Shown here: positions 44,852 through 53,936 of the stretch, in pieces
Layout: each line of letters begins with the position of its first letter
Position numbering within the stretch: position 1 is the first letter of the stretch
IMG/VR virus record: IMGVR_UViG_3300037423_000296
Coordinates: 11,541 to 75,540 of that record
Length of the DNA stretch: 64,000 nt
Origin: a virus
Taxonomy: Duplodnaviria > Heunggongvirae > Uroviricota > Caudoviricetes
Reading direction: 5' to 3' (one strand)
Notes under the pieces: generated by a model
The model's input: the letters and a program-made list of their open reading frames with translations, nothing else
Told to the model about the DNA's origin: nothing
The model's database searches: none
Program-made: the position numbers and the translations under genes

Positions 44852-45680
44852 CTACATTGGCATAATCGGACTTGAGCAGAGGAGCGCTGACCTCTTCATC
44901 GGCAACGTCAATTACGACGTAGCGACAAACGCGAATCTTCGCCTCGTTGTGCTCAGTCGGCACAGAGACAACATCGCGAGGGTTGATAGCAACCTTCACA
45001 CGACCATTTCCGTAACCACGGGCATAGTCGAACGTTCCGGCATGCAGACCAGTCGAGCATCCCTCGGCAGGGTTGAATTCAACCTCGCTACGCGGCATCT
45101 CAACCGTGTCACCAATGCGCTGGGGAATCTGCTGGTTCTCGAACAACTCGCCATTGACGATTGCCGTACCAGAGTGCCACGACTTGTAGACCTTGCCGTT
45201 CTCATCCTCCTCAACGTAGAGACCCTTGTAGGCAACAAGGTCACCGTCAGAGGTAATCGTGATTGACGGACGAGCCTTGACCCAGCCGTAAAGCTGCTCA
45301 CGGCTGTGAGGCTCAGGGTTGAGAGACACCTTGTCTAGGAAGTTGACCAAAGGCATGAAGTCTTCGTCAGCCTCAAGCATTCGCAGAATGTGGTCAGTGA
45401 TGGCGTTGTCAACGTGGTCACCGTCGAAGTATACCTTGCCATTGGCAACGGAGATTCGGTCGGTCAGACGCTCAAAACGCTTTGCCACCTCTTCAGCCGG
45501 GTCAAAGAGTCGGACGACAGACTCATCACCGGAAGTAATCCCGGCAACAATCTGGTCCCAATTCTTGTGGTCCTGGTTTGCAACGTACATCTCACCGTCA
45601 ATAAAAGCGGTGACGCTGGACTCATTTCCAACGCTTACGAGATTATACTTGATTGTTCTTCTCCTTCTGGTAAATTGCAT
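44730..45680 (-). CDS. rIIB: rIIB-like protein (by size and position immediately downstream of rIIA-like)
   Basis: 316 aa, overlaps rIIA-like end; acidic C-terminus; no motif-level confirmation. Confidence 0.5.
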   Translation of the reverse strand: MQFTRRRRTIKYNLVSVGNESSVTAFIDGEMYVANQDHKNWDQIVAGITSGDESVVRLFDPAEEVAKRFERLTDRISVANGKVYFDGDHVDNAITDHILRMLEADEDFMPLVNFLDKVSLNPEPHSREQLYGWVKARPSITITSDGDLVAYKGLYVEEDENGKVYKSWHSGTAIVNGELFENQQIPQRIGDTVEMPRSEVEFNPAEGCSTGLHAGTFDYARGYGNGRVKVAINPRDVVSVPTEHNEAKIRVCRYVVIDVADEEVSAPLLKSDYANVVGELDENDFDTLYCENCGDDDHEYYECPEYDEDDDEDDDY

Positions 45681-47559
45681 TCATGTATAGGTAGACATGC
45701 TCTTTATTGCTACCACAGTTACCCCTGGCAAGCGGGTACTTATTGAATGGGTCGGTAATATCTTCCGACTTAATCTCTCCGTGAGCGTACTCGATTGCCC
45801 TGGCAAATTCACACGCCGCGTACCAATCCTTCATGGTGTCGGTGAGCGGTTCCTGCTTCGCATTGCATGCATTGATGAATGCGACCATCTCAGGGTCGTC
45901 AATGCGAGTGGGGTCAAGCTTCTGAGCGTTGACTCTGGAGTAGTAATCTACGTCAGTCATTCTACGCCTATCGGTCTTGGTAAGTCCAGCCTTCGCGAAC
46001 ATTACCTTGTCCTTAATCCACTGCTCCAAATCCTCAGAGTCAGGGTTGGCTTTCTTGAACCTATCAAGCTCATTCTTGTACAGAATGACGATTTCGTAAT
46101 CCTTGAGAATAGTGGTGAGGTTCTTCCACTTAATCTTCCGGCGACCCGGCACAATGTACATGACATTCTTGGTGTCATCCAAATCAGCCTTGGTTGTCGT
46201 GTATCCGTGCGCAGTCAGGGTGTTGTACTCAACAACCTTCTTGTCAGACTTGGCACGAACTAGCTTGATAGCCTTGATAGTCTCAAAGGGCACCGTCCGA
46301 ATTTCGGCCAGACGCTTCGTGTCAGGGTGCTTCTCCATCAAGAATACCTTGTACGGACGCTCGCCTGCCGGAAGATTCTCAATGTAGTGACGAATCTTCT
46401 GTCGGTAGTTCGTAGGAAGCTTCTCACCAGTAAACCCAGTGATGGTCAGATATTGAGAGAAATTCTTCCAGTCGATGTGCCTCGGGAAGGTTACTGCATG
46501 ACGCTCATGGCTGTGAGCGAAAGACATCGCTTCCGGCGCTTCACCGTAATTGAATTCCCACGTCTGCTTCAGTTCCTCACCCTTGTAGGTGTAATTGTGA
46601 GAAATCATGAATGAACGCTTGTCATGAGTCTTGAGAGCTTCAAGGTAGGTGGGCTGGGCATCAATCTCGGCCTGGATTTGGTTGGCAATTCCTGCCTTAG
46701 CCTCTGCCGACAGCTTGGAGATTGTCTCCTTGGTCTTGTCGGTGTACATCAATTCCTCGCGGTTCGGAGGAAATGCCACATCACCAATCTCGACAAAGGC
46801 TACCAAGTGATAATCGCCGTAGTGTTCGGCAAGACCGTCAGCCTTGTAGGGAACATTTCCCATAACTACGTACGATGTACCCTGACCGGGAAGAGCGACA
46901 ATGTTGTCAGTGACCCACAAAGCATCCTTGTGGTCTCCGATGAATTCCGGCTGCTTGTCGTCAACAAGAACAGTACCCGGAGTCCAGTACTTGAAGAAAT
47001 GCTCCACCCTTGCAGTGAAGTCACTAGTGTACTTGACGGGAATGATGATTTCCACACCAGACGGCTCATCGGTAATCGACGTGTCAACAATCTCCATTAC
47101 GCCAGAGCCGTACTCATCCTTGCTCACCATTACAAGAATCTTCACACCTTGGTGAATGGATACAATCTGGAATTGAGCCGTGTAAGTCAAGCCAGACTTA
47201 CTTCCAAGACCCAGCATTCCAACCTGAGAATCAGTATCTCTCTTGGTTGAATTCCAGTATTGAGAGTAGACGTTCTCAATGAAATCTACAGACATTCCAT
47301 TGCCAAAATCCCGAATTTTGAAGAACGGGCTAAGCGCGCTGGGACTGTGAATCTCGATTGGAACATTTGCCTTGCCAGCGTCAATATGAGCATCACGAGC
47401 ATTCGTGCTGTATTCTCGAATGATTGCCTTGATTGGGTCTGCGTACATATCTGTCAAGGTGCTCATGGCGAATTGTAGACTGTGCATATCCATCGTCATC
47501 TCAATACGCTTACCGCCGAGATTGCCGCTGGTTTGAATGTCTAGTGGTGCTGGACGCAT
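45643..47559 (-). CDS. rIIA: rIIA-like protein with N-terminal GHKL (HATPase_c) ATPase domain
   Basis: N box REYSTNARDA, G1 box IRDFGNGMS, G2 box GMLGLGSKSG. Confidence 0.75.
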   Translation of the reverse strand: MRPAPLDIQTSGNLGGKRIEMTMDMHSLQFAMSTLTDMYADPIKAIIREYSTNARDAHIDAGKANVPIEIHSPSALSPFFKIRDFGNGMSVDFIENVYSQYWNSTKRDTDSQVGMLGLGSKSGLTYTAQFQIVSIHQGVKILVMVSKDEYGSGVMEIVDTSITDEPSGVEIIIPVKYTSDFTARVEHFFKYWTPGTVLVDDKQPEFIGDHKDALWVTDNIVALPGQGTSYVVMGNVPYKADGLAEHYGDYHLVAFVEIGDVAFPPNREELMYTDKTKETISKLSAEAKAGIANQIQAEIDAQPTYLEALKTHDKRSFMISHNYTYKGEELKQTWEFNYGEAPEAMSFAHSHERHAVTFPRHIDWKNFSQYLTITGFTGEKLPTNYRQKIRHYIENLPAGERPYKVFLMEKHPDTKRLAEIRTVPFETIKAIKLVRAKSDKKVVEYNTLTAHGYTTTKADLDDTKNVMYIVPGRRKIKWKNLTTILKDYEIVILYKNELDRFKKANPDSEDLEQWIKDKVMFAKAGLTKTDRRRMTDVDYYSRVNAQKLDPTRIDDPEMVAFINACNAKQEPLTDTMKDWYAACEFARAIEYAHGEIKSEDITDPFNKYPLARGNCGSNKEHVYLYMNAIYQKEKNNQV

Positions 47560-47568
47560 TATGCTCCT

Positions 47569-47916
47569 TTACGCTGGTGTTTGAACTGTTGGCGGGTATG
47601 TTGTACCCAATTCAATGAGAAAGCCTTCCAATGGAAGTCCTCGCAAATTCTCGAAGACAAACCCACCAATGAAAGGCAAGTAGTTGATTCTAACAGCAGT
47701 CCATGGCTCTCCGCAACCCGGCTCACCGGAGCGCTCAGAGTATTCTGCAATCGTGATATGACCGTCTTCGCTTGGTCTGGCTCCTCTGTTACAGGCTAGA
47801 CACAGTGAGCTACTTCTGTCAATCTGAATCGTTGCCATAGTACTTTCCTTCATTCTTCTTAGCCTCAACCCAGGCTTGGTGCCGGTTCCATAGCTTCCTG
47901 GCCTCCGCAAGAACAC
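47569..47916 (-). CDS. hypothetical protein
   Basis: ORF track. Confidence 0.4.
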   Translation of the reverse strand: MFLRRPGSYGTGTKPGLRLRRMKESTMATIQIDRSSSLCLACNRGARPSEDGHITIAEYSERSGEPGCGEPWTAVRINYLPFIGGFVFENLRGLPLEGFLIELGTTYPPTVQTPA

Positions 47917-48097
47917 TGTTGTTGGTCAAGTCGTTGGAGACACCGGCCTCTTGAGGTTCCCACCAAAACCAATTCTTTTTCTCAAGAATGATGTAGTAGC
48001 AAAGAACTCCTGAGAGCTTTTCAGTAACCTCAACCTTCCAGCGGAAGTTCTTCGGCAATTCGGGGAGATTCAAGTTAGTCATTATCCTCCAATGCAA
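47819..48097 (-). CDS. hypothetical protein
   Basis: ORF track. Confidence 0.45.
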   Translation of the reverse strand: MHWRIMTNLNLPELPKNFRWKVEVTEKLSGVLCYYIILEKKNWFWWEPQEAGVSNDLTNNSVLAEARKLWNRHQAWVEAKKNEGKYYGNDSD

Positions 48098-48106
48098 AAA
48101 CCGCCA

Positions 48107-48307
48107 CTACTTAGAGTGACGGTTCTTTCGGTTCGGGTCTTTCATTAGTCTGGCAACGTGGTCAATCTCTTCCTGACCTCGCTTTGTCTTGCCCTTTGCA
48201 TGCAATAGTAGCGCAATGAGCAACGGTTCGCCAGTATGAACTAGGTCACCATCTCGAAGATAAGCTCTGTCCATCAATCGATAGCCAGGCTTGATATAAG
48301 TACTCAT
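48107..48307 (-). CDS. hypothetical protein
   Basis: ORF track. Confidence 0.45.
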   Translation of the reverse strand: MSTYIKPGYRLMDRAYLRDGDLVHTGEPLLIALLLHAKGKTKRGQEEIDHVARLMKDPNRKNRHSK

Positions 48308-48312
48308 TCTTA

Positions 48313-48342
48313 TATCATATCCTATAAGACTCTAGCCTGTCA
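48313..48342 (-). promoter_or_regulatory. promoter TTGACA-N18-TATGAT
   Basis: consensus match. Confidence 0.5.
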
Positions 48343-48423
48343 ACGTGGACGCGGCGGTGGAGGAGGTGGTGGTGCAGGTAGTTGTGACGGGTCATCATGT
48401 GGTTCCCATGGATTTCTCATAAG

Positions 48424-48506
48424 TAGCGACTGTGGGAGTCGAACCCACACCCCATTTCTGAGACTGCATTTTGAGTGCAGCGCGGCTGCCGTTACGCCAA
48501 GTCGCC
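48424..48506 (-). tRNA. tRNA-Leu (CAA), long variable arm
   Basis: manual cloverleaf; loop CUCAAAA. Confidence 0.75.
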
Positions 48507-48588
48507 AAATTCCTAGAAATCGGTCCCATTACTATTCTAGGCGGATTTCGGTTGCCACTAATGGGTTGAGCGAACCTACTTTCGTCTG

Positions 48589-48660
48589 TGGATGGTGAGG
48601 GAATCGAACCCCCGACGACTTGCGTGTCGAGCAAGCATTCTACCGCTGAATTAACCATCC
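48589..48660 (-). tRNA. tRNA with anticodon GAC (Val?) and non-canonical C33
   Basis: manual cloverleaf; loop UCGACAC; acceptor and T-arm perfect. Confidence 0.5.
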
Positions 48661-48661
48661 A

Positions 48662-48814
48662 TGGCCCCTCGTCTGGACTCGATACCAGAACCCCCGGTTT
48701 ATGAGACCGGAATGCTAACCGTGCGGGAACACGGGTTATGCCATTCGTTCAACCAGGGACTTGTACAGGTTCCCGCCCGTACAGAGGCTTAATTGAATAG
48801 AGGCATACTTACAC
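48662..48814 (-). ncRNA. unresolved tRNA-like segment (anticodon-arm-like hairpin CCGGU-CUCAUAA-ACCGG with CAU; T-like arm with 8-nt loop; no canonical acceptor)
   Basis: manual folding failed to give a canonical cloverleaf. Confidence 0.25.
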
Positions 48815-48886
48815 CATCTCGGGGTGCTCCCAGGGAATTTCGAAATCCCGGCCTTCTGTGTGTAAGACAGACGCTCTTCCTCTGAG
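48815..48886 (-). tRNA. tRNA-Val (UAC)
   Basis: manual cloverleaf; loop CUUACAC. Confidence 0.7.
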
Positions 48887-48972
48887 CTACAGGAGCTTGG
48901 AAGCGCGGTTTTAGAGCCCGCGCTACTTATCTCGTTACACTGTGTCACATTCTAGACTGCTCAACAATGCCT

Positions 48973-49046
48973 TGGCTGGGGAAGTAGGATTCGAACCCAC
49001 ACAGCAGGAACCAAAATCCTGCGTCCTGCCATTAGACGATTCCCCA
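48973..49046 (-). tRNA. tRNA-Gln (UUG), U1-A72, CCA encoded
   Basis: manual cloverleaf; loop UUUUGGU. Confidence 0.75.
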
Positions 49047-49115
49047 ATAAATGCAGAGGCTCTATTTGAGCTACACCCAACGGGGATGGGATTACACCCA
49101 CATCTCTCTGCACAG
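49047..49115 (-). pseudogene. possible tRNA remnant (acceptor/D-arm-like GGGUGUAGCUCAAAUAGAGC, no 3' half)
   Basis: manual reading. Confidence 0.25.
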
Positions 49116-49198
49116 TACGGATAACAGGAGTCGAACCTGCACGCCCTCTCGGGCACTGCGTTCTAAGCGCAGCGTGTCTGCCATTTCACCATATCCGC
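49116..49198 (-). tRNA. tRNA-Leu (UAG), long variable arm
   Basis: manual cloverleaf; loop CUUAGAA. Confidence 0.8.
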
Positions 49199-49286
49199 AT
49201 GTTCGGAGGGATGCTCAACCCTGAAGGTCTCTTGCCATTCCCTCCGAAGTACTTCTATTCTAGCACAGTCTCTCTGACTAGTGCAA

Positions 49287-49790
49287 CTACGGAAGAGCAA
49301 TCCACTTGGTGACAGTTACTTCCTTGCCGACAACCGGGAAAATCGTGCAGTTGCCGTGCCAGGGCTCAGTGCCATCGTAGGAAGAGTAGAAGTGGTCGAA
49401 CTTATAGTGCTGGTCGCCAATCTTGACGATAATCCACAACTCCTCGCCCATTCCCTCCCCACCGTAAGAATCTACCAAAGTAGCAATCCCAAGGCCGGGA
49501 AGCTCAACACCTTCCTTCGGGAAATCGTACGCCTCGTAGAAGCCTTCCGCAAGCTGGGTTGCAACATCTTCACGGTTGAACTCTTCGGGAGTCGTTGGGT
49601 AAGGAACCTTCTTAGGTTCACCCCTATAACCGCCGTAGCTGTACACCGTACGACCGCCGTACTTCTCGTTGTATTCCTTGTTATTCTTGATTGACTCGGC
49701 AATGCTAGCATCCACCTGAGACTCAGCCCAGGCATTGATGGCATTGTGAATCTGAGTGCCGGTGAAATAATTCACTTCTTGACCTTCCAA
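49287..49790 (-). CDS. paralog family C member 4 (C-terminal HYKFDHFYSSYDGTEPWHG)
   Basis: shared FFKK(T/E)G.Y.SY(D/E)G..WDG motif across four tandem ORFs. Confidence 0.5.
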   Translation of the reverse strand: MEGQEVNYFTGTQIHNAINAWAESQVDASIAESIKNNKEYNEKYGGRTVYSYGGYRGEPKKVPYPTTPEEFNREDVATQLAEGFYEAYDFPKEGVELPGLGIATLVDSYGGEGMGEELWIIVKIGDQHYKFDHFYSSYDGTEPWHGNCTIFPVVGKEVTVTKWIALP

Positions 49791-50128
49791 TCCGTAACAG
49801 TCTTCTCGAAAGGCTCGACCTCGAAAAGCTCGCCATCCCAGTTACTACCGTCATAAGACATGTAGTAACCCTCCTTCTTGAAGAACTGAGTGTTGCCTTC
49901 GCCATCCGTGACAGACCAAACCTGCCAGATGTACTCGGCAGAGCCCTCTCCACCAGTCTCACCGTCGATGTACTTGGCAAATCCGAATTCACCAAGATTC
50001 AGGTCTTCCTTGCCATAGTGAGCCTCGTGCCAGAATTCAGAGCCCTCTAGCTCGTAGTCGTCACCATCGTCAATACCCTCATCAATGAGGTTTTCGAACT
50101 GCTTTGCGGTAATCAAATCTCTACCCAT
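49772..50128 (-). CDS. paralog family C member 3
   Basis: FFKKEGYYMSYDGSNWDGE. Confidence 0.5.
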   Translation of the reverse strand: MGRDLITAKQFENLIDEGIDDGDDYELEGSEFWHEAHYGKEDLNLGEFGFAKYIDGETGGEGSAEYIWQVWSVTDGEGNTQFFKKEGYYMSYDGSNWDGELFEVEPFEKTVTDWKVKK

Positions 50129-50394
50129 TCCTCTCGTAGAACCTCGCGCTTTTCAACCTGCACGAGTGGACCGTCCCAGACAGCCCCTTCGTATGACTGG
50201 TAATAGCCGGTCTTCTTGAATGTCTGACCGTTCAAGCGGACGACCTTGTAAAGCTCGCCTTCATTGTTCTCGCCACGCTGGTTCTCTTCGACAATCTCCA
50301 CCAAGCCGTACGGAGTCGAAACTTCGTCTTCTTCGTAGTGGAGAAAGTACCAGTTAATGGCGCAATCTAGGTCTGTCAGCGTAAAGCTCATCAA
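50113..50394 (-). CDS. paralog family C member 2
   Basis: FKKTGYYQSYEGAVWDGP. Confidence 0.5.
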   Translation of the reverse strand: MMSFTLTDLDCAINWYFLHYEEDEVSTPYGLVEIVEENQRGENNEGELYKVVRLNGQTFKKTGYYQSYEGAVWDGPLVQVEKREVLREEWVEI

Positions 50395-50696
50395 TTACCC
50401 TTCGGGACAAAGACTATTACAGTCTTGGTGGTTCCGAATACCTCGGTGACTGGGCCGTCCCAACTACGGATTTCATCGTAGGAATCCATTCGACCAGTCT
50501 TCTTGAAGAACCGGTTGCCAACCTGGAAGATGACGTAAATCTCATCCTCACTCTGGAGGTAATCTCCATAGCCATCAGTTGGCCGGTTGTGAACTTCCAC
50601 AACGGTAGCCTCGGTTCCCTGAGCCAGCGGGACTACATTGTGCTTAGAGCCCAGGCCACTTCTGAACATGGCGTCCCAATTGTCTGTCGTGTACAT
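50391..50696 (-). CDS. paralog family C member 1
   Basis: FFKKTGRMDSYDEIRSWDGP. Confidence 0.5.
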   Translation of the reverse strand: MYTTDNWDAMFRSGLGSKHNVVPLAQGTEATVVEVHNRPTDGYGDYLQSEDEIYVIFQVGNRFFKKTGRMDSYDEIRSWDGPVTEVFGTTKTVIVFVPKGN

Positions 50697-50704
50697 TTTC
50701 TCCC

Positions 50705-51451
50705 TTAGAGTAGAATCAGTTTGTGTGACTTCGCCTTGTGTTGCGCTACGTAGTCAAAGTCAGGCTTGTAAAGGTCTTTGTAGTTCAAAATAATGAACAA
50801 AGCCCATTCATTCTTGAACAGCGACGTAATGGATTTCTTCATGGCCTTAGCATATGCCATGCGCGGGCTAACCCGGTAATCTGCTGGGATTACCCAGCGC
50901 TCAAGTGCTGTCGCATAGACTTCCTCGCGGATAGTCTTGAGCTTGTCCTCGTGGCTCATTGCCCAGAACTTATCGTTATCGACAAGGACATCTGAGCCCT
51001 CTTTCAGAATCCTAATATACATGGCTTCGTCGCCGTATGCAACACTGTCATGCAGAGAATCGTGGTCATACTTTCGGATAACCGCGTCTCCGAAGAAGTC
51101 TTTCTTGGTCTTGTTAAGGTTGACTCTCTTCTGGCCGTGAACTTCCATCCACACGGGATGGAGAATTTCCCACATAGCCCGGTCGAATTGTACGCCGTTA
51201 TGCTGGAAGAAGAGGATGTCATTCATGTGCTTCTCCCACGAGCCATTCTGCAATGCCCACGGAGAGTGACTGACCTTGATGGTGTAAAGCTCTCGCGGCC
51301 AGGCTACTCGATTGGTGCCCCACTCTTCCGGAAAAGACTCATGCCAGAAGTTGTCACCTGGCAAATCCGGGTCAGGAGAGAAATGGTCCTCATCCTTTGG
51401 CTCACGAAAGTCTGGATACCAACCCTTCATTGCTTTAGAACCGATTAGCAT
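50705..51451 (-). CDS. hypothetical protein (248 aa); weak nucleotidyltransferase-like GS...DED signature at N-terminus
   Basis: ORF track; IGSKAMKGWYPDFREPKDEDHF. Confidence 0.5.
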   Translation of the reverse strand: MLIGSKAMKGWYPDFREPKDEDHFSPDPDLPGDNFWHESFPEEWGTNRVAWPRELYTIKVSHSPWALQNGSWEKHMNDILFFQHNGVQFDRAMWEILHPVWMEVHGQKRVNLNKTKKDFFGDAVIRKYDHDSLHDSVAYGDEAMYIRILKEGSDVLVDNDKFWAMSHEDKLKTIREEVYATALERWVIPADYRVSPRMAYAKAMKKSITSLFKNEWALFIILNYKDLYKPDFDYVAQHKAKSHKLILL

Positions 51452-51465
51452 TTCTCTCCTAACTC

Positions 51466-51684
51466 TTAGATAAGACCCTTGGACTTTGCTGCAATTGCGG
51501 CGGCACTAAGAGCGCAAGCGCTATTCTCAGAACCCCAGCAACGAGCCTTCTTCGTAACCTTAATGCCATCACGAATTGCATCTGCAAGACTGTAGGGCTT
51601 GGTAAGAAGGTCAAGCTCGATGTTTGCCAGGTCGGCCTTCATAAGCTCAGAAAGCTCATCAGCCTTTGTCTCTCTAGTAATCAA
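51466..51684 (-). CDS. hypothetical protein
   Basis: ORF track. Confidence 0.45.
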   Translation of the reverse strand: MITRETKADELSELMKADLANIELDLLTKPYSLADAIRDGIKVTKKARCWGSENSACALSAAAIAAKSKGLI

Positions 51685-51685
51685 T

Positions 51686-52681
51686 TTAGTTCTCCTTTTC
51701 AGTGGTAGTACTATTGTCTCTCAAGGAGAGGTCTACGTCAAGACTCTCAAGCCAATCCGCGATTTCTTCTCGTGACCATTCTCCACTGCCATTCTCATGG
51801 TAACCCTTGTCATTAAGATGAATGATGATTGCCTGAATGGTATTAGATGTGCTCAGGCCCATCTTGCATCCACAGGGATACTTTACCTTCTCGTTGAGGC
51901 CGGGGCAAATCTCTCTCAGAAGGACGGCAGAGTCACCGTAGTCATCTCCTCCCATGTGCCCGCCAGTCGCCAAGTCCTTGTCAAACTTGGGAACAATGTC
52001 ACCCTTCTTCACTCCGTGATGCCACCAGTCCTTATTGACATCATTCATAATACCAAATTGGCGAGCCCGTTTATACGGATAGTAACCATTCGGGTTGTCC
52101 CAAAAGAAGTCTAGCTGGTCAAGGTAGCCCTTGGATTTTAGATATTCATAGGACTGCATGGTATGTGGGAATGTAGATGCAACCTGGTCAATGTCACCGA
52201 CATCCTTGGCAAAAATCGAATGCGCATTGTGAAGTGCATACATTATATGAAGTTTATCGTCACACGTCATGCACATCTTGCGCAGGGTGTCAAAGAAAGC
52301 ATCCTTGGTATTATTTCCAATAAAGTACTCAGAGGTAAACTTCATTGCAAAGATGGAAGTTTTTTGCATTGCCATAACACTGATAGCGAGTGAGAACATA
52401 TCAGTCTTCGGATGGTAATGCCATTCTTTGGTGACATTATCCACACCCCATAGATGAGCGGCGGCTTGTCCAAGGTAATCCGCCATTTTCTTAATGGCGT
52501 CATGTGGCAACAGCCACTCGGGCTCCGTGTATTGAAATGCAGAGATAATAGCCTCCCCGGACTCTTGTGCAGTTTTCTTCATGGCAAGCATACCGGCAGT
52601 CATACCGCCAAAATCAAAAGACACACTATCAATATCGATTTTCGAAATGATGTGTGTCTTCTTTGGAAATTCTTTTGTCAT
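51686..52681 (-). CDS. hypothetical protein (331 aa; start at MTKEFPKK because longer ORF overlaps tRNA-Ser)
   Basis: ORF track trimmed. Confidence 0.55.
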   Translation of the reverse strand: MTKEFPKKTHIISKIDIDSVSFDFGGMTAGMLAMKKTAQESGEAIISAFQYTEPEWLLPHDAIKKMADYLGQAAAHLWGVDNVTKEWHYHPKTDMFSLAISVMAMQKTSIFAMKFTSEYFIGNNTKDAFFDTLRKMCMTCDDKLHIMYALHNAHSIFAKDVGDIDQVASTFPHTMQSYEYLKSKGYLDQLDFFWDNPNGYYPYKRARQFGIMNDVNKDWWHHGVKKGDIVPKFDKDLATGGHMGGDDYGDSAVLLREICPGLNEKVKYPCGCKMGLSTSNTIQAIIIHLNDKGYHENGSGEWSREEIADWLESLDVDLSLRDNSTTTEKEN

Positions 52682-52704
52682 TACTAATCTTTCGGTCAAT
52701 GAAG

Positions 52705-52789
52705 CGGCGAGTGTGGGATTCGAACCCACGGTGGTTTTACCCACACAGACTTAGCAGGTCTGCCTAATCAGCCTCTCTAGCAACTCACC
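52705..52789 (-). tRNA. tRNA-Ser (GCU), long variable arm
   Basis: manual cloverleaf; loop CUGCUAA. Confidence 0.8.
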
Positions 52790-52912
52790 AAGTGGAAGTG
52801 GGCACATGACCGTTTGTCGTTTAAGTCAACGTGATTCCCGAATCCGGCCTTACCCGAGAGCCACCTTATCCTAGGTTGGTGGTCGGTGACACGTTAAACC
52901 CCTACTCCCAAG

Positions 52913-52995
52913 CGGTGGGTAAGGGATTCGAACCCTTGGGAGTTTCCTCCGCTGCCTTTCCAAGACAGTGCACTAGACCTCTATGCGAACCCACC
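52913..52995 (-). tRNA. tRNA-Ser (GGA), long variable arm
   Basis: manual cloverleaf; loop UUGGAAA. Confidence 0.8.
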
Positions 52996-53147
52996 AATAA
53001 GCAGCGCTCTTCCGCTGAGCTACCCGAACTTTTACATAAGGGGCTGGATTCGAACCAGCGACCTCTGCTGTCGGTAGCGCTCTGCCATTGAGCTACAACC
53101 CCGGTTGCCCGAAGCTGGCGGGACTCGAACCCGCAACCTCTACCACG
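52996..53147 (-). pseudogene. cluster of degenerate tRNA-like pieces (5' half GUUCGGG-UAGCUCAGCGGAAGAGC; near-complete tRNA-like with T-arm GCUGG-UUCGAAU-CCAGC but acceptor missing about 4 nt; T-arm GCGGG-UUCGAGU-CCCGC)
   Basis: manual folding; no canonical cloverleaf recoverable. Confidence 0.35.
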
Positions 53148-53229
53148 TGCACACAGAGAGATTCGAACTCTCACGCCACTAGGACACAGCGCCCTCAACA
53201 CTGCGCGTCTACCGTTCCGCCATGCGTGC
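53148..53229 (-). tRNA. tRNA-Leu (GAG), long variable arm
   Basis: manual cloverleaf; loop UUGAGGG. Confidence 0.75.
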
Positions 53230-53310
53230 AAATGCTACCATTCTGAGTTTCACAGTGTTTGGTAGCAGGAGTAAACTGAGCTTGATATTATCTCCTCAGC
53301 AATTACCCCT

Positions 53311-53388
53311 TGGAGCCCAGTGTCGGTTTCGAACCGACCGCCTCGAATTTACAAGATTCGCGCTCTACACCAAATGAGCTAACCGGGC
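53311..53388 (-). tRNA. tRNA-Thr (UGU), CCA encoded
   Basis: manual cloverleaf; loop CUUGUAA. Confidence 0.8.
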
Positions 53389-53481
53389 AGGACCGTACGT
53401 GCTATCTACACTACTTAGAGTCTCAGAGTTTGCAACCTCAATCAACCCTTACAGGGATTCTCACCACTGCTCTTTACGGAT

Positions 53482-53557
53482 GGCTGGCCTAATAGGACTC
53501 GAACCTATAACCGGTCGGTTAACAGCCGACTGCTCTGCCAATTGAGCTACAGACCAA
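53482..53557 (-). tRNA. tRNA-Asn (GUU), CCA encoded
   Basis: manual cloverleaf; loop CUGUUAA. Confidence 0.85.
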
Positions 53558-53936
53558 TATGTGCACCCCTCCACCAACTTAGGATGATGCACTGCTAAGT
53601 TTCCACCCGCCGTGGTAACGAATCTCAACCTAGCTTATTTATTGTATCACTCTTCTGATGTCCGCGTCAACTCTGCATTACAAGCCAGAACCATGATAAT
53701 CGCACCGAACATCAACAGGATTTCTGCCTGACACAAGAGAATAAAGCTTGAGACTGACATGCTCCAGAAGCCAAACCAGAGAGTTTTCCTATACACGATT
53801 TGCTTCTACTTCCTGCCGTAGTTGTGCAAGTCGCTCACTAAGCCGGTCGGCCTGCGACGTTTCGGCTTTTAGCACCTGCGCCTTCGGGTCTTTCAGAGAA
53901 TCGCGGTTCTTGTAACGTCTCGGGTAATACTCCACG

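Noticed and set aside
52790-52912. Possible tRNA between tRNA-Ser(GCU) and tRNA-Ser(GGA)
   Set aside because: Only a short GAUUC-GGG-GAAUC hairpin is present. No T-loop or acceptor pairing was found.
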